The notes under the pieces: generated by a model | Told to the model about the DNA's origin: nothing | Seen by the model: the letters and a program-made list of their open reading frames with translations, nothing else | Databases searched by the model: none | Part shown: positions 56,101-64,000 of the stretch, one piece after another | How positions within the stretch are numbered: position 1 is the stretch's first letter | How the letters are laid out: every line of letters begins with the position of its first letter | DNA from: Trichoplax sp. H2 | Taxonomy: Eukaryota | NCBI GenBank assembly: GCA_003344405.1 | Contig: NOWV01000127.1 | Coordinates: 124,001 to 188,000, forward strand | Length of the DNA: 64,000 bases | Reading direction: 5' to 3' | Translations under genes and position numbers: made by a program

Positions 56101-57276
56101 AATTCGTCATTTGAAGTATACATTATTTATTGCTCGAAAGCTTTTGATCCAGCTGGATAGTCAATAGTGAGTTCTGGAAATAATATTGCTCTATGTGGTA
56201 AGTTTATCAACTCAAATATAATAAAATCTCATCTTAGGAAGGCATACCATGTACCATCAGTATGTGATTACTAAATTATCCTCTCATGAATTTTTAGGCC
56301 TTACAGCCGTAGGAATGCAATATTCTTGCTAGATTTTACTGCAGATTAGTGTAGTACAGTCATCTATTTGACCAGCTAAAGTCTAGTTAACTTGCTAGAA
56401 GGCGATCGGTGATATATATGGCATTGATTACTTCCAATAAAGTCATAAAATGCTACCGTATCTTTAAGTACGTAATAATGTTTTATAGAAGGCAGAATAA
56501 GCAAAATCCTCTAAAAATAAGATGAAAACAGTATAATAAGGTGAATACTTACAGGATGACTAGTTCTGGATAGTTTATAAAGCTTCTTGCTTTAATCTTT
56601 CTAATGCTGGTGTTGTTGATTATCCTATAAAATTAAAATTAAGCATCAGTTATCGTCTATAAATCAGTAGTGCAGTCATTTATCATAACAATGTATTGAG
56701 ACTATGATGAGATATAATTGCGACAAGAAATACTAAAGTGAATATAAATTCTTCGTTTAATAGTACCCCTGGCTTTAATTACAGATATTTTGGTAGGTAT
56801 TCTACTGTGACTATTACTAGATAATTTAAGTTTGAGTGCTAAATGATATCGTTTACTGCCTAGTACGTTTCGATTATTGTGCAATAACCGTGCGTTATCA
56901 ATAGAAGCGATCTTAAACACAAGTATATAAATAACAAACATTGAAATTTTCTATTGTTACAATGTCTACTAACAGTGATTGCACATTTTCAATGCCAGTG
57001 AAGTTAATGTTGGGCAATTCGATTAAGTCACTGCTAGAACAGTTTATAAACGAAATGTTGCACTTGCAGATACTTGGACAACCTTTGCTGATTTCTGTTA
57101 GAGGTAGTAGCAATATGTCACTTTATATCATGAAGAAATTAATAAGGGAAGGCTGGCTCTTTGATATTAACGTTAACTGCACCTGCAATTCCACCGCTAT
57201 AAGCTGTTAGAAGCCAAATTATTGCTATAAAATGATTGTAAAGGATCCAATGCTCTAAATTGCGCTTGCTTTTCAT
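32154..57276 (-). CDS. Giant leucine-rich-repeat GPCR (LGR): signal exon 57276-57183, LRRNT exon 57094-56974, about 50 single-LRR exons (mostly 72 bp, phase 2-2) from 56624 to 33376, and a hinge+7TM terminal exon 33264-32154
   Basis: LRRNT CPSICKC...NCS. Repeated 63-84 bp GT-AG exons encoding xLxxNxIxxIxxxxFxxLxxLxxL (e.g. 54419-54490, 52692-52763, 46678-46749, 41105-41176, 33997-34068). Hinge RPYFCC...CKP...DTLSSCQHLL. 7TM motifs GNIMV, NLALSDFIM, ISIDRF, SWVP, NSALNPFLY. Confidence 0.9.
47622..47798. other. Gap-adjacent duplicate of 48190-48366, including a second copy of one LRR exon (47700-47771 = 48268-48339); probably the other haplotype
   Basis: Near-identical at offset 568, and ends exactly at the N run 47799-47818. 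Confidence 0.85.
47819..48070 (-). repeat. Inverted copy of the dispersed repeat at 61009-61261, inside an LGR intron
   Basis: Reverse complement matches 61009-61261 with only scattered substitutions. Confidence 0.88.
55074..55206. repeat. Degenerate 30-bp tandem repeat (about 4-5 units) in an LGR intron
   Basis: gatatt.gatatcttg.gttaa repeated at 30-nt spacing. Confidence 0.75.
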
Positions 57277-59272
57277 GGCTACCAAGTAATAAACTTGTAG
57301 TTAATTTTTAAAATATCAATTAAAACCACAACAGTAATCGCTATGGTTTATATTAAGAGTTGAAAAGTTTAGGCTAACTGTTTGACCTTAGTTTTTACAA
57401 GAAAGCTAAGAAAATTTTTATTATGATGCTGAAGTTGACAAATAAAATTTTAAGCAATTCTATAGTGATGCACCCCTTATTTGATTATAAGGATAGCTAT
57501 ATTTGATATAGTCAGGTTACTAAGAATAGATATTATCTTGAGGCTTATATTAGATGATTGATAACTACTTGTCATTCACAGGAGTAACTCCACTGTCTAC
57601 TCTCTTCTAATGTGGGTGATCAACTAACTTACTAGCTACTTAGTCAATATTGTTGTTTGCATTAGGGAGCAATAGCTAAAATTAATGTCTAATTCAGTGA
57701 ATGAATCCAAAGTTAGTCGTACTAACTATCACTCTTGAACTATTGAGGGAGAGTATATAAACGTAATATATCGTATAATAAAGTTAATTCTTAAACTTAG
57801 TTTTTAGCGTAAAATACGAGGCATCTAAGTCTTTGTGTAGTCTGCTAGTAGAGCAAAAGTGTTCCTGATAGTGCAGATATCGTTTCTTGATACGTGGTTC
57901 AAGGAATTGACTCATTGATCGCACATTACATTATCGTGTTGCAAGCTGTTTTGTGACAGGTAACTAATCAAATTGACAAGAAAAGAAGAACTTGAGCAAC
58001 TTACCGTTAGCCTTGTAGCTCTTACTTTGCTAAGTCTAATATTTCTGGTACTAGCAATTTTTACCGCCGATTTATCTTGCATGCAATACAAAAGTGTTGA
58101 TAGTACAGGCTACGGTAAATTGTATACCCATACAATGAAATCTAAGTAAGAATAGCGTTGATAAAGTAAATTGTAGAAAAAGCTGTTTGATTTGCATTAT
58201 AATGCATAAAAAAGTATATTATTTCTATTCTTATTTATAAGTAATTTCGTTATTACTAAGGGAACTTTACAATACCACTAGCAACTCGATTCTCAACAGT
58301 ATCAAAGACAATTACTGTCTACCTACCGTATGTACATAAACTACCTAACAGTTAAGTAAGAATGATTATTAATCGGCGAAACCTGTTACGTGCCAATTAA
58401 AAATACGGAAGTGAAACCTGTTACGGGTCCGTCAATGGACCAACACCGATATACAATTTAACACTGTAACGATTAATTATAATTGAATATTAAGTTTTAT
58501 CGTTTGTCCTAAGTATAACATTGTCAATGTCTATAAAACTATTCAATCTATTATTCAAGTTCCAGTGAACTAATCAATTATTGAGACGTTGTTCTACAGA
58601 AAGAAATCGTAACAATTAGTTATCTTCTTGACCAACATTAATTTACTATTATCGCGGACATCTAGATCTCAATCGAGATCTTGAAGTCCAGGCCACAACA
58701 CCCATTACCTTGCACATATGGTGACAATGTAAAATACATCGATCTATTGTAGAAGGAAACCTTATTGTTCTATTTTTTTCTTCCCGGAAGTTATAATTAT
58801 TTAAGCTTGTGCATAGAATTTGATAGAAAATATCCTTAATAACTTTGATTGTTAAAGTAAACAACAGACAACATAGGGTCAAATTTGACGATATTATTCA
58901 ACGGAAGTACAATATGGTAATTCATAAAAGTATCAGTTAGAAAATAAAGTTATCGAACGAGCAGGCGCTTTAACAGACTGTTTATTCTTAATATTGTGAT
59001 GTCAATTTATTGATTGATTTTATGATTAGCAAGAGATTCGTTTTACAGTTACACCATTGTCTAGTACAGTTATTGTAAAGATATGATTGACGTTATTATG
59101 GTGTATTATTTGTACCAATATTCCATGTATTTACAGCCATTCAAGTAGGTGCTAGTATCTTACTTACTGTTCAGCAATTAAGGAATGGCCTATGAGATTA
59201 CCCATTGGATGATTAAAATGGAGATAAAAACAACTCCTAATGGAATTTGTAATAGTCCAAATTCTAGATTTC

Positions 59273-59840
59273 TAGAAATTCATTTTCAATCTGACTGAAC
59301 AACTGTAGAATAATTCAAGAAATAGATTAAATCAGTCTAAATGAGTCTTATTGTCAAAGATAATGTAATATAACTGTAAGAATCTGATAATAAAATTAGA
59401 CATTAACTACAGTTTATAGATTTACCGGCTTTATTGATTTAGGCTTAAAAGCAACTCTTATTGACTTATGGTTGTATTGTAGTAAAATAAAATTGAATAA
59501 GAAACTGGGAATGACCTTCTATGAATTGTTGACTGAATTTTTAAAATGAAGACAAAAAACAGCTACTTATGGAATATGTGACAGTCCATTTCTTACAATT
59601 TTAGAAATTCATTTTCAATCCTACGAAACAATTGTGGTATAATTGAAGACATAGATTAAATCCGTCCAAATCAGCCTTTCAAAGACAATATAATTGACAA
59701 CAGTTAGAACCAGATGATAAAATGAGGCATTAATTGCAATTTACGGATTAAGCGGCTGAATTAAATTAGGCGTAAAAATCAACTGTTAATAACTAATGTT
59801 TGTATTGTAGAAAACTAAAGATTGTACCATAAATTGGAAA
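59273..59840. repeat. Diverged ~329-bp tandem duplication
   Basis: tagaaattcattttcaatc...ataatt.aaga.atagattaaatc.gtc.aaat...tgtattgtag.aaa at 59273 and 59602. Confidence 0.8.
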
Positions 59841-61008
59841 TGAAATGATCTAAAGTCGACTTAAATTAAAGAGCTATTCATCTCGTCGCTTATAACTAAT
59901 TCAGCCATGCAGAAGACGGATCAAATCGCAATGTATTAAACCACGCTATTTGTTTCTTTTAAAGGATTTTAGAATAGATTATAAGAAAGTTTTGCATTAA
60001 AATTAGTAGGTAATAATTCAGGCTGTAAAATAGCCACTTCAAACTACAGCTAAACGACATGAACCGCCTTATTAGAAATTTGTTTTGCCTGTGAATCATT
60101 TTCAAAACTGATGTTAAATTAAATATTTGCTAAATAGATTTAATTAGCCCTTGCTGAATATGCCGACGTATAGAATCAACGTTCTATTGGAATATTAGTT
60201 GATGATACTGAATTAGATAAACATAACAATTTATAGTTCTTGTGACACCAATTATCACTTTGGTACTTTGTGATAAATTTAAATTTAAATATAAGGGTAA
60301 CATAGTGTCATTTGATTGCTAAATTTTTAACCGTGCTGCAAGTACAAAGGGAATCAAACGTCAAAAATTTTTTGAAATTGTTGAAATGTTGTATTTATTT
60401 GACGAACTATAAAGGATTACTAAATAAGTGATAAGAACTAGATGCGCCTTGTAAACTTGTAACGTATTACTCACTTGGAGCTTTAGTTGACACTTTCAAA
60501 GACTAATACAACAAGTTTCCTTCTGATTCAAGTTGAGCTTGTATTCGTTTTAACTCACCAAATGGGCATTAACGAATTATATGCCGCTGCAAATTTTAAA
60601 TGCACTCGTAAAATTGATACGGCTTATGGTCATTCACGCATATATGTTAATCGGGTTGACTGCAATGACTATAAAATCAAATTAAACTTTGCTAAAATCC
60701 AGAAAACATTTTACTCTTAGGTTTCACCTGATGAAATTTATGGACTTTATAGGAAAAGGAAAAATTACTAGAATTAGTAATTTACTACAGATTATTACTA
60801 GAGCTTCATTGAGATATCAGCAAGAGTAAATAAATAAAACTAATTGATCAATATCGCTCACTCATATCAGCAAGAATGAAGTATACAGAGGATTATTTAC
60901 GATTCTGTCTTGTTAGTGGCAAGGAAAAATATGCGCTTAAAGGAGATAATTGAGCATTTTTATGAGCTTATAAGCCGAATTTGATCTCAAAATCTCAGTA
61001 ACTTCTTG

Positions 61009-61558
61009 TGATATATACCAATCATAAAATTCCAAATTTTAGAAAAATAAGGGCTTTATTGAATCTTATACAAAGATTAACTACACACAGCTCTACTCTA
61101 GCCGAATACTACTACTAAAGACTTCTACAACGAAGTAACAGAATAATCTAAAGTTGCATGCTTTTATACTTTCCGTAGCATTCGCAGCTACAATCCGCAT
61201 GGCAACCTTTTACCTTATTTTACACGTAGTTAAATTATTCTTAGTAACACTATTCTACTGCGGACCATCATTAATCCAATATGGATACGACTACAGTATT
61301 TATGTAGACATTATTCACACCAGCCAAAGTACAATGAATTAACCATATCCTAATATATGATTTACAGTTCTATTTTTACCTATAACCTTACTAGTAACTC
61401 AACGCCTTACTTTATATAGTCATCTGTACTCTAGCATAAAGTCTATACCACTACAGTCTATAGTTATAGCTACCAAATATCTCTTAGGATAAATATCTAC
61501 CGTACATTATACTAAACATGGCTAACAGTCTACAATCACAATACTAAGTTACTTTACA
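61009..61558 (+). repeat. ~550-bp dispersed repeat (possible non-autonomous element) with an inverted copy at 47581-48070
   Basis: 61009-61261 matches revcomp 47819-48070, and 61517-61558 matches revcomp 47581-47622. No ORF or clear TIR. Confidence 0.75.
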
Positions 61559-63740
61559 CTTCTGTATTTCTGCATTCAAATTCAGAATTTCCTTACGTAC
61601 CGAAAGTGCGAGAGTGCTCTCGTACGTACTGAAATTAGACGAGACACAATAATTATTTTTTTCAATATAATACCTATGATTACTACGGTCATAAAGCCTC
61701 AGATATTAATAACTTCCGATGTAACTCCTCAATTTTAAGCGTAAATATTTTGCGGAAAGTCATGAAATGTAATCATATTAGAACGAAACATATGTTACAT
61801 TAAAGTTTCGAGTTTGCCAACACGTCTGGTTTGCTTGCAGATTAATCGTATTATATTCCATATTAAACATGGGAATAGAGTCGTGGTTAAATCTACAACA
61901 GTGTTAATTTCAGCAATAGTATCATATTTCTGCCTTTAAAATTATTGCTATTTTACTACAAAAAAATTCGTTAGCAAATAGCAACAACCATTAATAAAAA
62001 GTTTAAAACAATACGCGGATTTTAATTCTTTTTCTGGTATAAGAAATAAGATCAGAGGTGGTTAAACCACAACTTACAATATTTTGATGAATTTAGAAGA
62101 TTTATAGGGTGCTAAATAATTGATCAATTACATAGCCAAAACGTGCTAATGTTGGATAGACTAGGTAATGCTGCTACGACCAATTCAATCAATTTTGATC
62201 GAAAGTTGTTATGTATGAGGTTCGTACTACTGCTTAAGTCAAGTAATAAATCTCGTATAGTGTGTAAAATGATGTAAGTTTTATTAGGAAAACTGTCACT
62301 TAGCAAGATAAGGCAGACTTATAGTTAATATAAATCTATAAGCTCAAATCAGTATATGTAATCGTAATTACGGTAAGATCGTTTGAGTACAGGGTGAAGG
62401 TAGAATGTAAGAGAAGGACTAACGTAAAATTATACAATTCTTAAAGGACTATTCAGAAAAATTATAAAACTCTGAATACAAAAACTTGATTGTTCTCATA
62501 ATAACAAATATCCGCGTAAATAGTAACAAACGAAACATGTTTATCCATGATTTACATTCGTGGAAATACATTTTAGGCGAACATAAAACGTGTGCAAATG
62601 TGTAACAACAAGCGTGATAACTATATTATGTAGGCGTGATTAGGCGTGATAGTACACATGTGTAATAGACGCTTAACACATACTAAAAACTCTAAATATG
62701 TAATAGTTATTCATGTCATGAAACGGTGTTTATTACGAGTAATTAAAACTACGATAAGTCGCTCGTCCGACTTGCCCTCCTCAGCATTTGCTTGCAAAGT
62801 ACGGACAACTAACTACTCGCCGTCACGAGATTGCAATAACTAAACGTGTCTCCTTGATCGTAATAAGGAAGCTGCTTTATAGAAATATTAGCTAATTTAT
62901 GTACGACTACGATAAAATCAAATTTTATAGCCAGATATTGTTATGAAAGCAAACCTTGATTGATTAAAATACGTATAAGATCATAGATATATCTATAATT
63001 ACTGTGTTACAGAATTTTAGTAAAAATTATTTTGAAATTAAGTAAGAGTAACCTTTAGTTTTTTAGTATTTTAACTGCTGACATAATGTTATGTCTATCA
63101 TGGCTGCCTAGCAACTATTTTCAACAGTAGTTAAACACCCACACAAATTTTTCTAGAATTAAAACTAAAAGCTCCGTTTATTACAAAAAGTAGTCGGGTT
63201 TCATAAATTCTAACTTGATGGCGAGCGGTTTTAATCTTAGAATTACAAGAATATAATTTAACATTGTAATTTAAACGTGTCAGAGTACGGCTATTACACA
63301 AGATTAATTATGATGAGACCATAATCTGATCGTCGAGGTCATTGTAAATTACGTACCGTATCTAAAGAAATGGCTTAGCCTTATCCGAAAATGAATTAGT
63401 TTTACAATTCTAAATTTTACTAACAACTTAATGCTCTACAACATTGCCATACATCATAGTATAGATATCATGATACATGCTTAATCTAGTAGCATCGCAG
63501 ATTAATGATTATATGCATATTAAAATTGCGAAATTTAGAGAAAAAACGTTGCAAGGCGTCTAGTGCTTGAGTTAGAATACATGACATTACATTATACAAT
63601 TATAAATAGTGCAATAGGTTATGTACTAGTCGCGGTAATATGATATTAAAATACAAATGCAAGCTAAGTATTAGTGTATTCTTTATCGGCGTTAGATTTT
63701 TCGTGATGAGGATCCAGATCGTCCATATTTTTCTCCAGCT

Positions 63741-64000
63741 TTATTTGCTTACGTCTTTTTGTTGTCTTGTCCTATTTGTGTAGGTTACACGAGTCGCTGG
63801 ACGAATAAATAATCCTTTGATTACGGCCGTACTTGTAAAGGTATACAAGTATGGATTAAGAGCAGAATTTATAGGTAATGCAAATATACCAATAAATTGT
63901 AGTGTGATAACGTCAACACCATCGCTAGATGCGAAACCAGTAAAATTTACTATATAATAAGGTACCAAACTAATTAAATCGGTTATTAATATGATAAATA
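63741..64000 (-). CDS. 3' end (TM6-TM7 and tail) of a tandem paralogue of the LRR-GPCR; continues beyond the window
   Basis: ITDLISLVPYYIVNF...VDVITLQFIGIFALPINSALNPYLYTFTSTAVIKGLFIRPA is highly similar to the TM6-7 region at ~32270-32470. Confidence 0.9.
   Translation of the reverse strand, partial: FIILITDLISLVPYYIVNFTGFASSDGVDVITLQFIGIFALPINSALNPYLYTFTSTAVIKGLFIRPATRVTYTNRTRQQKDVSK

Noticed and set aside
56122-56190. Possible additional LRR exon with AG/GT borders
   Set aside because: Stop in the required frame and poor LRR consensus; at best a decayed pseudo-exon.
58649-62843. Short ORFs of 60-77 aa in the spacer between the two LGRs
   Set aside because: No recognisable motifs or splice context, and several overlap repeats.

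Overview
AT-rich, intron-dense animal genomic scaffold with three 20-N gaps. Short introns and the LRR-GPCR and NB-ARC/TPR content suggest a non-bilaterian such as a placozoan; this is inference, not checked. Contents in order: 3' part of FIP1L1 (+); a haplotype-duplication artefact between two gaps; RPS3 (-) with a 5'TOP-like start and a 3'-UTR intron holding a well-formed two-hairpin H/ACA snoRNA candidate; a GTAC-rich satellite; a heavily decayed NB-ARC-TPR-like pseudogene (-); two tandem alpha-arrestins (+) that lack PPxY motifs and both end in class I PDZ-binding motifs; mitochondrial ankyrin/AAA+ CLPB (Skd3) (-) with a GC-AG intron; a rhodopsin-class GPCR pseudogene (+); a ~25 kb, ~53-exon LRR-GPCR (-) with about 50 single-repeat LRR exons, an RXFP/GRL101-type hinge and no LDLa module; and the 3' end of a tandem paralogue of that receptor. 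Several decayed tandem and dispersed repeats fill introns and spacers. All exon models were read by eye.
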